A stretch of DNA of 51,046 nt, taken from Vermamoeba vermiformis. Its lineage: Eukaryota. The position numbers and the translations under genes are program-made. Position 1 is the first letter of the stretch; every line of letters begins with the position of its first letter. The stretch covers positions 62,001-113,046 of the forward strand of contig JBEWZL010000168.1 of the NCBI GenBank assembly GCA_045837725.1, read 5' to 3'. Under the pieces are notes generated by a model. The model did no database searches, was not told the DNA's origin, and worked only from the letters and a program-made list of their open reading frames with translations. This document shows, one piece after another, positions 26,617 to 39,325 of this stretch.

Positions 26617-29600
26617 ATGACAGAAGCACCAGCAAATAGATTAGGCCAATTACGATCCTTTTTTGAGCAAGCGGCCAACCAAGGCCAAGCAACAGTTTAT
26701 ACCTCAGCAGCTGCACCTAAAAAACCTGCATTGCCAGCAGGCAATCCGAAGTAAGCCTCAGAATATTAAAATTAATGTCACAAAGAAAGTCAGAAGTCAG
26801 ATCTTTCTCGCTTTATTAGATGAAATATTTTGTTTTAATTTACGATGGTAATCGCAGTAATAATTTGATTTAATATTGTCATTATCTGAATTCCTAGTTC
26901 AAATTGCAATTTAATGTAATTTTCGATCCAATTTTGACGTGCATTCTAGAAACACTGCTTTCCCCAAGGCACCTATGGCTAAGGGACCTAAGGGACCCAA
27001 GGGACCAATGAAAGGGCCCGCGAAGATGGGCAAAGGTCCTGGTCCCGGTGCTGGCAAGAAGCGCCCGCTACCTCTTCCCAAACCAAAGGGCTACGGCCAA
27101 GTTCAACCGAACGGTGTCAAGCCAAACCCCGTTCCAGTCAACGGCACAGAGAATGGCGCTCCTCAACCTGGACCCGTACCAGCGATAAATACACCCAATC
27201 CTAACCCAGCAATTGTTACAAATGGCCCGCGCGTTAGTCCTCGTGGCTCTATTAGTCCTCGAGAACAAAGTCCTCGTGAGAATGGTGCACCTCAAACTGT
27301 TCCACAAGTTAATGTTCAGGATCCTTCTGGAGGTTCGCGACCCATTAGCATTGCTGCAACTAATGCGTTGCAAGTAGTTGCTCCTTCGATTAACGGAACA
27401 AATGTATCGCCCGGAACAACACCTCCAACGGAGTCCGCCGAAGATTTTAGAAAGCGAGATGCTTCTCGTCTTACGCAGATGCTTAGTGGCGAGAGTACGT
27501 ATATGCAAGCGTGGCCTACTTCACCGACACCACCACGTGACCCTGCTGATGTTGTCATCACACGTCGACCATCACAAATCGACAGACCCGATTCGTTCTA
27601 TCTGGTAAGTAGTATCTCTCGAGTACTAGGTGAAGTGATATTAATATTTGTTCTAGGCTTCTCTTGGCAACGAGGAGCTGTTCCCGAGCATTGATATCCC
27701 GATCAACTCAATGCGCGATAACAACGCAAAGGAAATTTGCACATCAGAGCAGTCATATCTCAAGAGCATGTTGATCATGGTCGAAGTAAGTGAAGCATTA
27801 TATTGCGTACCTTTAGTCAGATCTAACCGGTGTTCAGTTATTCCAAAAACCGATCTCCGAAAAGAGTTTAAGCGGGGAGTTGCCTTTCACCCCCGAAGAA
27901 GTTAACACCATGTTTGCTGGCGTGACTAATATCATTGCCGTAAACACGGAACTGTTGAAGGGTCTCGTGCAACGTATGAAAAATTGGTCAGATACTCAAA
28001 AGTTGGGAGATCTTATCCTTAATATGGTAAGTCTCTTCGTGCAAATTGTAATGGGACATTTACTAATGTTTGCAGGCACCTTGGCTAAAAATGTACACCC
28101 AATATACGGCGAACTACGAGCGCGTACTTCAAATTTTGGAAGAACACAAGGACGAAGCCGTACTGAATTTCTTTAAAACAGCACACCTTCATCCTTTGTG
28201 CAAAAACCTTGACTTCAGAGCCTTCTTGATTATGCCCATTCAACGTAAGTACTAACGCTGTTTTGACATGCATGTCTAACATCAATGTAGGTATTCCTCG
28301 ATATCGTTTGCTGTTGATGGAGTTGGTTAAGAACACGCCCGAAACTCACGTTGACTTCAAGGATCTGACAGAAAGCTTGGATAAAGTCAAGAAAGTGGCA
28401 GACGAAATTGACCTTGCCGTGTTAGGTTTCAAGCAACGTGAAGCCATGTTGCGATTACAAAAGAAATTCGATATACAGATCATTGAGCCAGGCAGAATTT
28501 TGATTCGGGAAGGTGTGATGACCAAACTCTGCCGAAAAGATCGACAAAAGCGTCATTTCTTCTTATTCAACGACGTTTTAATTTACGCTGATTGGGGCAC
28601 GACGGGCAAATACACCAAGGAACGAAGCTTTGTTTTAACGCAAACATTCGTCAAAGACTTGCCTGATGATGGTAAGACAATAATTACACGTGGGCTCGGC
28701 TAACTTAGTGCAATCTTAGTGTCACGCAATATGGTCAACGCATTCCAAATATCAACAGAATCAAAGTCCTTCGTCGTATTCACAGATACACCACAAGAAA
28801 AGACTGAGTGGATGAAGATGGTAAGTAGCTCGCATTTGTGCCCGCAAACTTGTTTTAATCGTTCTCTCGTCGTCAGATCAATGCCGCAATCGATAAGTTA
28901 GACAAGGGCTATAAGACCCTCAAGGCCAAGAAGAAGCAAAGAGATAGCGTTGGCATGTTAGCGCCTGTCTGGGTTCCGGATAATGAGAGCAAGAGTTGTA
29001 CGATTTGCGCTGTGAAGTTCACCGTCACAAATAGAAGGGTAAGTACTTATTTTGGTATCAATATCGGTACTAACGTGCTTTTAGCACCACTGTCGTCAAT
29101 GCGGTCGTGTTATTTGTGGCAAGTGTTCCTCTCACAAGAAGGATTTGCCCGGTCAAGGCCGTCAACGTGTTTGCGATGATTGCTACAAACGTCCCGTAAC
29201 TACCGTAAGCGGCCCGACACCAACCCCTGCAAAGGCATCGTCGGATGATATTAGCTCTGAAGAGCCTAGCGAGACCTCTAGCTTCTCTTCTTCGTTGAAT
29301 TCATCGCAACAACAGTCAGATCCAGTTGCCATCGCCACCGCTCACAGCCTCGTGCAAGAATTTGCCAATAGAACACCCTCCCCGAGAAATTCAACAATAT
29401 CTACGAGCCCTAACGCAGCAATCGTAGTTGCACAACCGGTTGAAAACGCCGTGCCACAGACCTATCCAGTGGAACCTCAAGTACAAGGCAACAGTCCACA
29501 ATACACGGACAATACTACGAATGGTAACTACGTCGAACCAACTCCCGAGGAGCACGTACAATATGACGCAGCACCTGCTGAATATGCCCAACAGCCTGAG

Positions 29601-29974
29601 ACTGCAGTGCAAGCTCAAGAAGAGGTTGCTGACGCGACTACCCAGACTGGATACGACGAAAGTGCGGGCACCGAGTATGCTGAAGAAGCAGTTGACCCCA
29701 ATCAAGACTACGTCCTCGTCGAGAATCAAGACCCCGTGTGCCAAGTAAGCCTTCTGATTTCGTTAATTAGCACGTGTAAGCTAACGTGGATCAGGTTGTT
29801 GCTCAGTATGACTTTGTACCTGATGAGAATGACGACGAAACAATGCGAAGGTTGCCATTCAAATCGGGACAAGTTATCGACGTGTTGCAACAAGACGAGA
29901 GTGGTTGGTGGCTCGCTAAAATCGACGGAGTTGTTGGATGGATCCCCGAGAGTTATTGCTCTCTTGTACAATAG
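26617..29974 (+). CDS. FGD-like RhoGEF (DH)-PH-FYVE protein with C-terminal SH3
   Basis: EICTSEQSYL, FLIMPIQRIPRYRLLL (DH); LIREG..TK..RK..QKRHFFLFND (PH); WVPD..C..C..F...RRHHCRQCG..IC..CS..RVC..C (FYVE); AQYDF...GWWL...GWIPESY (SH3). Confidence 0.92.
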
Positions 29975-30162
29975 GAGTAATTAATTTTTGTTTAAACGTG
30001 ATTAAACTTGATAACAACAAAAACGAAGAACTCGCTGCGTAAGTCATATTTTCAGATCTTTTAAATTTTTTTTTAGAAAGCGTATGTGATTCGGCAAATC
30101 ACTGGAAAGCGCGACAAATGCGCAGAATCTTCAACTCAATTCTTTGGCAAGCAACAACAAAA

Positions 30163-32672
30163 ATGGAAAAGATACATATCAGAAATATGTTTCGGATCTT
30201 GGTTCCGCTAAACAGGAATCTTGGATCTGCTCTGCCAAGAACCGAACCGTTTGGACTTGACTTTCTTGATCACAGGTTTGGCTTCAATATCAAGCTTGTA
30301 TGCACAGATCATTTTGGCAACATCAAAAGCGAACCGAATAATTGCTTCACTTGGGCGAAACGCACCCCCGTTATTTTGCAACAAGATGAAGAGAACATTG
30401 TCAGCGGCATGATTATTCGTCTAAAAATTAATCAAGGCGTTTTTGACTTCAGAAGAACGAAGGATCGTTTGTTTCAGATTATTGTGGAGTTTATCGAAAA
30501 TGGATCAGTAACCAAAACTGGTACTTCTCGAATTTGGGAGTTGTTTCCGAAGAGGAGATATTGCGAGACAGATGAAGAAGAAAACGAAAGTAGGTGCTCT
30601 TGATTACTAAGCAAATTGAAATCCGAACATTTTTCTGAATTCGTTCACATTACGCAGCGGTTGTTCCTGTATACTGGCTGGGTGAAGATGGTTATCTCGT
30701 CGATAATCAACAACAAGGCATATCGCCTGCAGAAAGCTCTATTTCTCCGAACGATAATTCGCAACTCGTTACAGAAGTTGGATCTTCTTTCCATGCAGCT
30801 CAAGATCATCATTTATCTCCTGAAGACGAGTCCTCTCCAAGCATTCATGAACTCTTTTTTGGCGATCCAATGCTCGGCACTGAAAGCCCAGGTGAAGAGA
30901 ATCAACTCGCCATCATGCACGGTGCTGAATATGACACGTGAGTCTCGCTTTCCTTATGTTATTTTGCCTAATCTTTTGCGAAGCTCTAATAGCAACTACA
31001 TGGTGCTTTACAACGGCAATGCAGAAGTCGTGGGCAACTTCCGAGCACTCAACTTCTACAAAGCATCAGATATCAACATCAAAGAAGACATTCGCTTGTT
31101 GGAAGAAGGTACGTACCGTGACGATGTAAATGCTTATCTGATGTGTCTAGATCGAGACAGCAGAGCAGCACTCCTTCAAATCGATGGCGTGTCGTACAAT
31201 TTCAAGCCAGGAGTGAGTCACGCAACGAACAAGAGGTTCATTGGGTACATTGCTCAACAGATTGAAAGTGTCGTTCCCGAGGCTGTGCAACTCATCGATG
31301 GTACGTGCAACTGGCTCTTGGTTGATCGCTAAGAGTGACCTAATGTCATTGATGTACGCAGGTGTTCTTCACGTTGACTATGAGTCACTGATACCGTTCA
31401 TGAGTGAATCAATCAAACAGAACTACAATGACATTCAGAACGTCACATCTGAAGTTGATCGAATCAAACGAGTTGTGGACTCTCTCTACGACCAATATAC
31501 TAATGCAAAGCTGAAAGCACGAAAAGAGCCCGTGACAACGAACATCAAGACGAACAAGACAACCAAAAGAAGTAAAGTGATTGGCTGGACACTTGGTGCT
31601 GTTGCACTCTCAGCTATAATTATTGCCTCGATTGTGATTGGCTTGACAATGTTCTCACCAAATCAACCAACGAATACACTAGGTTCACCACTCACCAGTC
31701 TCACTCCGACTACTGGACTCAAGCCACTTTCAACTGCGAATTACGAACGTAATATGCTACTAGAACTCTACGACGCAATATGGGCAAACAATACAGACCC
31801 ACAATGGAACTTCACCGCACCACACTGCTCATGGTTCGGTATCGCGTGCAACGCTACTACTGGTCGTGTTATCCATATTGCTTTATCCTCACTTGCTTCT
31901 ACTCAAAGACCTGGATCAGCAACGATTCCTTCAATCATTGGCAACTTTACGGAGTTGGTGTCGTTGGATCTGATGGACAATTATCTCACCTCAACGATTC
32001 CGGAGTCGATCAAGAACCTGAAGAATCTGGTTTACTTGAGACTTTCCGTCAACCCACTCGTTGGAACACTTCCCGACTTGAGTGGATTGGACAAACTAAA
32101 GCAATTGGATCTTGGTGCGACGCTGTTATCAGTGAACGAGAGCTCACTCGCGACGGTAATGCAACTTCGGTCGATTTACAGCCTGCAAATGCAAAATGTT
32201 CTAATCAACGCGGAACTGCCGTCAAACATTTCAAACTCGCTGACTGAAGTCATCCTATCAAACTGCAGTCTACATGGAACTATCCCAACAGCTTGGAAGG
32301 ATAGCAATATTCAGCATCTGGAGAGTTAGTAGGAATAATCTCACCGGCTCTATTCCGTGCTTTGGCAAGGACGTCTTTGTTCTCACCGCATCTCACAACA
32401 ACTTTGACGGAGAATTCTGTGGCAGTGAGTTTCGACGCCTGCTTCAATTGATCATTACGGATACAAAGCTGACTGGCGTATTTGACTTGCCAAATGTTGA
32501 TATCTATGGCATGACTGGGTTGCATATCCAACGGAATCGCTTTACTTCGTTCATGCCTTCAAAAATGAACGTTACTGAAGGGCCTCCTCAGAATTGTGAA
32601 GCCGTCGACAATCCGTTTCAATGTCCCATACCTGAGTGGGCTCAAACACAATGTCAAGCCACCTGTAATTAA
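30163..32672 (+). CDS. MYRF-like S74-autocleavage / TM / LRR protein, copy A (+1 frameshift near 32321 in the LRR)
   Basis: Exons 30163-30589, 30658-30937, ~30984-31108, 31151-31300, 31362-end; ASDINIKEDI (Ser codon 31066), GYIAQQIESVVPEAV, VDYESLIP, coiled coil, TM VIGWTLGAVALSAIIIASIVIGL, HCSWFGIACN..GRV cap and LRRs. Confidence 0.85.
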
Positions 32673-32724
32673 AGAATACGTCTCGCGTCGATATTTGGCG
32701 TAAGTACTTATTTTCACAATAGTT

Positions 32725-32750
32725 GATACTTATTGCTACAAGCAGCGAGC
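32725..32750 (+). repeat. 3'-flank direct repeat shared by copies A and B (second copy 35544-35569)
   Basis: gatacttattgctacaagcagcgagc occurs downstream of both stop codons, marking a tandem duplication. Confidence 0.8.
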
Positions 32751-33003
32751 ATGGAGGTCAGCAGCAACCATCGTGAATAAGCTCGGCACATCGGTGTATT
32801 TAAGGTAATTTGATAAATTGTCGTTAAAGATGCGTTCGAACGAAAGTTCACGTTTTTTGACTTTTTGACTTTGATTGTAAAGATATGTTTCGAAAGAAGG
32901 TTTCAATTCTAAATCGAGCGTTAAAATTGACGACTTTTTGACACGTTTGAATTTTTCCTATTTTATTCTGACAATAGCTTAGTGATTACAACAAACAACA
33001 AAG

Positions 33004-35471
33004 ATGGAGAAAATACACATCAGAAATATGTTTCGGCTCTTGGTTCCGCTCAACAAGAATCTCGGGTCTGCAGCCACGAGAACGGAACCGTTTGGAATCG
33101 ACATGAGCGACATTCGGTGCAGTTTCAATATTAAATTGGTTGCAACAGACCACTTTGGCAATATCAAGCATGAACCGAAGAATTGTTTCACTTGGGCGAA
33201 ACGAAATCCGTTGATCTACTCTGAAGACTCTGAAAATTCTGTCAGTGGTTTATTTATTCGTCTAAAAATCAACCAAGGCGTATTCGACTTTCGAAAAACG
33301 AAGGACAGAATGTTTCAGGTAGTAATTGAATATTTTGAAAACGGAAATTTGGTCAAAACAGGCACCTCTCGAATCTGGGAGCTTTTTCCCAAAAGGAGGC
33401 ATGTTCAGAGCGATGACGAAGAGAACGAGAGTAAGTAGCACTTCGATCCGAATTCTTGTGCATTTGGTCACTTATTGAATCACACAATGGTAGCTGTGGT
33501 CCCGATCTACTGGATCGGCGAAGATGGCTATCTTGCGGACACTCAATCGCGTGCTTTGCCCGGCTATATATCTGATACTCAGCCGCAAGTATCACCTGAA
33601 GATATGTCTTTTCATCAAACAAACGCGCAACAAGATTTAGTGTCACCTGAATTCGGCTCCTCGCTCAGTGCAGCTGCCTCTCCTGAAGAGATCAAGTCTT
33701 CTCCAAGCATTCAAGAATACCTCTTCGAGGACGCGATCTTTGACGTTGAAGAGAGCCAGCTCTCGGTGGCGTTGATGAAAGAAAGCGACAACTACATGGT
33801 ACTTTACAACGGCAATGCAGAAGTCGTGGGAAATTTCCGAGCACTCAACTTCTACAAGGCATCGGACATCAATATTAAAGAAGACATTCGCTTGTTGGAA
33901 GGAGGTACGTACCATAAGATCGCATCGTGTTCGCTTATCTAACGTATTCAGACCGAGACAGCAGAGCAGCACTCCTGCAGATCAACGGAGTGTCGTACAA
34001 GTTTAAACCAGGTGTGAGTCACGCAACGAACAAGAGATTTATTGGATACATTGCTCAACAGATTGAAAGTGTGGTGCCTGAAGCTGTTCAACTCATCGAT
34101 GGTACGTGACGATAACTACTACACTTGGGAGTGATCTAATATTGTTGCACAGGTATTCTTCACGTTGACTACGAGTCATTGATACCGTTCATGAGTGAGT
34201 CAATCAAACAGAACTACAATGACATTCAGAACGTCACTTCTGAAGTTGACCGCATTAAACGAGTTGTTGATGCTCTCTACGACCAATTCACTGGCGCAAA
34301 ACAGAAAGCACAAACAGAGCAGCCCGTAACAACTTACGCCAAGACGAACAAGATAACCAAGAGAGGAAAAGTGATTGGCTGGACACTTGGTGCTGTCGCA
34401 CTCTCAGCTATTATCGCCTCGATTGTGATTGGCTTCATTCTACTCACCACAACGCCAAATCAACCAACAAATCAACCAGGTTCGACAGTACCACTCACTA
34501 GTCTCACTCCGAGTACTGCACCAGGACTCAAGCCACTTATACCTGCGAATTACGAACGGAATATGCTACTAGAACTCTACGACGCAATATGGGCAAACAA
34601 TACAGACCCACAATGGAACTTAACGAAGCCACACTGCTCGTGGCATGGGATCGCGTGCAATGAAACGACTGGTCGTGTTACTCATATTTCTTTACCTTCA
34701 CATAATCAAAGGATTGGAGCAGCAACGATTCCTTCAATCATTGGCAACTTTACGGAGTTGGTGTCGTTGGATCTGATGGACAATTATCTCACCTCAACGA
34801 TTCCGGAGTCAATCAAGAACCTCAAGAATCTGGTTTACTTGAGACTTTCCGAAAACCCACTCGTCGGAACACTTTCTGACTTGAGTGGACTGGACAAACT
34901 AAATCACCTAAATATTGGTTCGACGCTATTATCAATGAACGAGAGCTCACTTGCCAAGCTAATGCAACTTCCATCACTTGAAAGCTTGCAGCTCCAAAAT
35001 GTTCTAATCAACGCGGAACTGCCGTCGAATATTTCAAACTCGCTAACTGATGTCACTCTATCAAATTGCAGCTTACACGGAACAATCCCAACTTCTTGGG
35101 TAAACAGCAACCTTCAGCATCTGTATATCAATAGGAATAGTCTCACCGGCTCTATTCCGTGCTTTGGTGAGAGGATCTTAACTCTCGATGCATCTCACAA
35201 CGATTTTGACGGAGAATTCTGTGGCAGTGAGTTTCGACGCTTGCTTCAATTAGTCATCACGGACACGAAGCTGACTGGCGTATTTGACTTGCCAAATGTT
35301 GATGTTTATGGAATGACTGGGTTGAATATCCAACGGAATCACTTTACTTCGTTCATGCCTTCAACAATGAACCTTACTGAAGGGCCTCAGTATTGTTTCG
35401 CCGCCGACAATCCGTTTCAATGTCCCATACCTGAGTGGGCTCAAGTCCAATGTCAAGCCACTTGTAATTAA
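33004..35471 (+). CDS. MYRF-like S74-autocleavage / TM / LRR protein, copy B (intact)
   Basis: Exons 33004-33430, 33494-33904, 33952-34101, 34153-35471; Ser codon of SDINIK at 33862; same domain order as copy A. Confidence 0.9.
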
Positions 35472-35618
35472 AAAAACATGTCCTTCACACGATTCTTATG
35501 ACGTAAGTAATTATTTACGATGAGCAGTTACCATCGTTGATATGATACTTATTGCTACAAGCAGCGAGCCTGGCGTCAGCGATAATCGTAGGAAGCGTGC
35601 TAAGTTTGGTACAACAGT

Positions 35619-36741
35619 TTATTTTAAGGTAATTGAGATCTGATCCGGAAGTTTTTCCGATTTTTCCAAAAACCATCTTGAAATATCTCTAGACATCGTT
35701 CGGTTCCATTCACGATCACTTTGATACACTCCCAATATGTTGTTATCGTCAGTTTGAAACACATGCGTTGGAGCAAAATATGCCAGAGGCGCAAGAGGAC
35801 CTCTTTCCTGTTTAAATTGAGCCTCGAAAACTTTTTCCAATTTCACTCCGTAAATTAGCCGATAAAATTCTGCTATGTTTGTATCATAATTGTTTTTCCA
35901 AACGATGGTGTCTGATGGCAATTGAATTATACGATTGAGGGGAAACATACTTCCAGTATTAACTCGCTCTTTAATATTATTTCTTTAACTTCGTTAATAT
36001 AGTTGTTATCAATATAAATAAAATTACTTAAATACCTCCAATTTTTCTCGAGCGCCAATTTGAATTTCAGTCGTTCGTACCACGTGCCTTTCAGCTTGTT
36101 CATGAGCGTTACATCGAACATTTTAGCACTTAAATGCTTCCAAGGTAGTACGTCTCGGCAAGCATTCCATGCCTTATTTATCTGGACGTAATATAATTAT
36201 TAGTATATTAAACAAATACCGTGAAAGTACTCACACAAAGAAGGTAGAGGTAATCTCGAAGATTAAGATTACGGCAAATTTGCTCGATGATTTCGAACGG
36301 AAGAAACGATAAAGGGTCTGTTGTTGGAAAGTTGCGCCTTATTCGCTGAAATTCTCGTTCTTTTTGTTCGAATAAATGAAGCGGATCCATCTAAAACTAA
36401 ATCAGCTGAAACTGTATTAGACACGATAATATTTTCTAGATACGCACGCTTGATTCATCAGCTAATTCTATCTTTCTTCGTTTATTGCGCCCTAAAGAGG
36501 AAAAATTGGAAACTTTTCTTATTCGAATAATAATCAAAAAAATTCTTAAAAAATAGAAGAACCACGGATAATAAGTGTATGATATATGATAATTACTATT
36601 TTGTCGGTCTGCATTTTTTCTCTTCTCTCCAACCAGAATTATTTCTTCGTCCTGTTGGGTCTTTTCCAGATCGACAACAGGCACTAGCCGTTTGTCATGG
36701 TCTGCCATGGCATCAACATCTATAATATGTGTTTTATCCAT
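35619..36741 (-). CDS. F-box protein (multi-exon; 5' end uncertain, 36390 or 36741)
   Basis: DPLSFLPFEIIEQICRNLNLRDYLYLLCV, then NKAWN..PWKHL..LEKNWR and the terminal ORF 35619-35948. Confidence 0.7.
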
Positions 36742-36842
36742 TAATCGGGATGGTTTACTTATCCGATTTTCGGTGGACAATATTGCTTCAGTTCGAAGAA
36801 ATCTCCGCGCACGTGTTTACTAAAGGGTTTATTTACAACTAA

Positions 36843-39251
36843 TTAGGTACAAGTAGCACTACATTTTGTTAAGGTCCATTCGGGTATAGGACATTTAAAC
36901 GCATTATAAAACGCTGAACAATGCGCGGTAGGTGCTAAAGTAACGGACATGTTCCAAGTTGAAGGGAGCAGCGTGACGAAGCTATTGTGCTCTATTGCGA
37001 TGTACCGCACTGTCGTTATATTTACATTAGGCAAGTCGAATGTTCCAGTCATATTGTTATTGCTCAGCGTCAATCCGGAAATAGATCTGAGTGAGCTGCC
37101 ACAAAATGTTCCGTCCAGTTTGTTATTCTGCAGATTTAGTTGAACGAGCTTCTGACCTAAGCACGGAACAGATCCGTGGAGTGAGTTGAAGCTCAAATCA
37201 ATAGATTCGAGATTGCTTGTGGTCCATGAATCCGGTATTGTTCCGTTGAACCCACAGCTCGCCATTAAAATTTCCTTCAATGAACTTGAAATGTTTCTGG
37301 GAAGATCGCCGGGGACGTAATTGCCGTAGAAATACAGCGTTGAAAGTGATGGCAGTTGCATGATCATATCCAAAGGTCCCCTTAAGTTGTTATTGTTGAG
37401 TATTAACAAGCTTAGCTTTGTCAAGCCACGCAAGTCCGGTACAGTGCCTGTCAATGAATTCTGAGCCAAAGCTAAAAACTTCAAATTCGTCAAGTTCTTG
37501 ATTGATTCGGGAATCGTCCCTGTCATGAAGTTGAGACTCAGATCCAAATCTTGCAGCTCGGTGAATTTTCCGATGTCGTCGGGTATGCTAGTTCCATTAA
37601 AGCCCTGAAAAGTTCCAAACGATGACATTGCGATTGATATTACTCGGCCACTCGTAGCGTTGCATTTGATTCCATGCCAAGAGCAGTGTGGCTCTGCCAA
37701 GTTCCAGGGGCTGAGGGGCTTCATATCGTGGGTCAAGCTAATATATAATTGGACAAGAATGTCCCGTTCGAATTCTGGCGGTGTTAAAGTATCGCTGAGC
37801 GGTGTTATCTTGACGTGGTTGACTTCCGAAAAAAATACCCAAGTAATTGTTAGCGCTATGATCGCTGAGACTGTGAAGATTCCAACGAGCCAGCCAATCA
37901 CTTTGTTTCTTCTATTATGCTTCATCTTATTGTCCTCTGATTGTTTTGTCTTTTTGAAGCCAGTGAATTGATCGTACAGCCCGTCCAGTACTTTCTTAAG
38001 ACTTTGAACCTCCGCCGTGACGTTCTGAAGGTCACGAAAATTTTGCTTGACTGACTCACTTAAGTACGGTATCAATGCTTCGTAGTCAACATGGAGAATT
38101 CCTGCGCAGATAATATTAGTAAGCTTGATTATGGCACGGTCACGTACCATCGATGAGCTGTACAGCTTCAGGCACCACAGTTTCAACTTGCTGAGCAATG
38201 TACCCGGTGAACCTCTTGTTCGTTGCGTGACTCACTCCTGGCTTGAACTTATACTCAACACCATTTATGCGTAGTAACGCTGCTCGGCAATCACGATCTG
38301 ATAAGAAGTCAAAAAATGTTGTTTTGTCCTTTAGTTCTCAAACCATACCTTCTTCCAACAAGCGAATGTCTTCTTTGATGTTGATGTCTGATGCTTTGTA
38401 GAAGTTGAGTGCTCGGAAATTGCCCACGACTTCTGCATTGCCGTTGTACAGCACCATGTAGTTGTCATGAGGACTATTCAGACTTAATATCACTACGGTA
38501 CATCAAAATAATATGATCATCACTTACGAGTAATATTCACTGCTGTCATGTAAGGCCATTGCAGTGTCAGGATTATGCAAGGTAAGTGCGTATTGGTGAT
38601 TCGAATTTGACGCGTTTGACACGACCATTAATGCATTATCTTCGAACACAGATTCTTGTACGCTATGCGAGGAGTCAATAGGCGATACGTGTTGTTGATC
38701 GTCCATTAAGTAACCATCTTCTCCGAGCCAATAAATCGGCACAACAGCTGGTTGAGCAAAATTTAGATTTGGATCAGGTCAACGGAAGAGACAAGAAACG
38801 CGTACGAACCTTCATTATCTCCTTCTTCGATTTCTGTTTGTCGCTTTTTCGGAAATAGCTCCCATATTACAGACGTGCCAGATCTACTAACAGCTCCATT
38901 TTCGGTTAATTCAACAACAACTTGAAATAATCTATCTTTTGTTTTTCTGAAGTCAAATACTCCTTGGTTGATTTTTAGGCGAATATATAATCCATTTGGA
39001 GCATCGTCGTTCGATTTTTGTTGATAGATTATCGGATTGCGTTTTGCCCAGGTGAAACAATCTTTTGGTTCGTGCTTAATGTTTCCATATTCATCCGTGC
39101 ATACGAGCCTAAGAGTAAAATCGAATCTACTTTCATTCTGACTATACTCTAATCCAAAAGGTTCTGTCTTCGTTTGGGCTGTGCCAGATCCAAGGTTTCT
39201 ATCGAGCGGTATAAACACGCGAAATATATTTCTAATGTGTATTTTCTCCAT
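36843..39251 (-). CDS. MYRF-like S74-autocleavage / TM / LRR protein, copy C
   Basis: Exons 39251-38810, 38747-38528, 38473-38349, 38297-38148, 38101-36843; Ser codon 38391-38389; VDYEALIPYLSESVKQ, TM VIGWLVGIFTVSAIIALTITWVFF, LRR ectodomain. Confidence 0.9.
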
Positions 39252-39325
39252 TATATTGGCTACTGAACTATTGCAATCTTTGGGACATCTTGCGCAAAAT
39301 GGGACGAGACTTCTCGGGTGATTTA

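Noticed and set aside
30616-31332. 238-aa ORF as an independent protein
   Set aside because: Its first half is the wrong frame of exon 2 and it reads through introns; only the S74 exons are real
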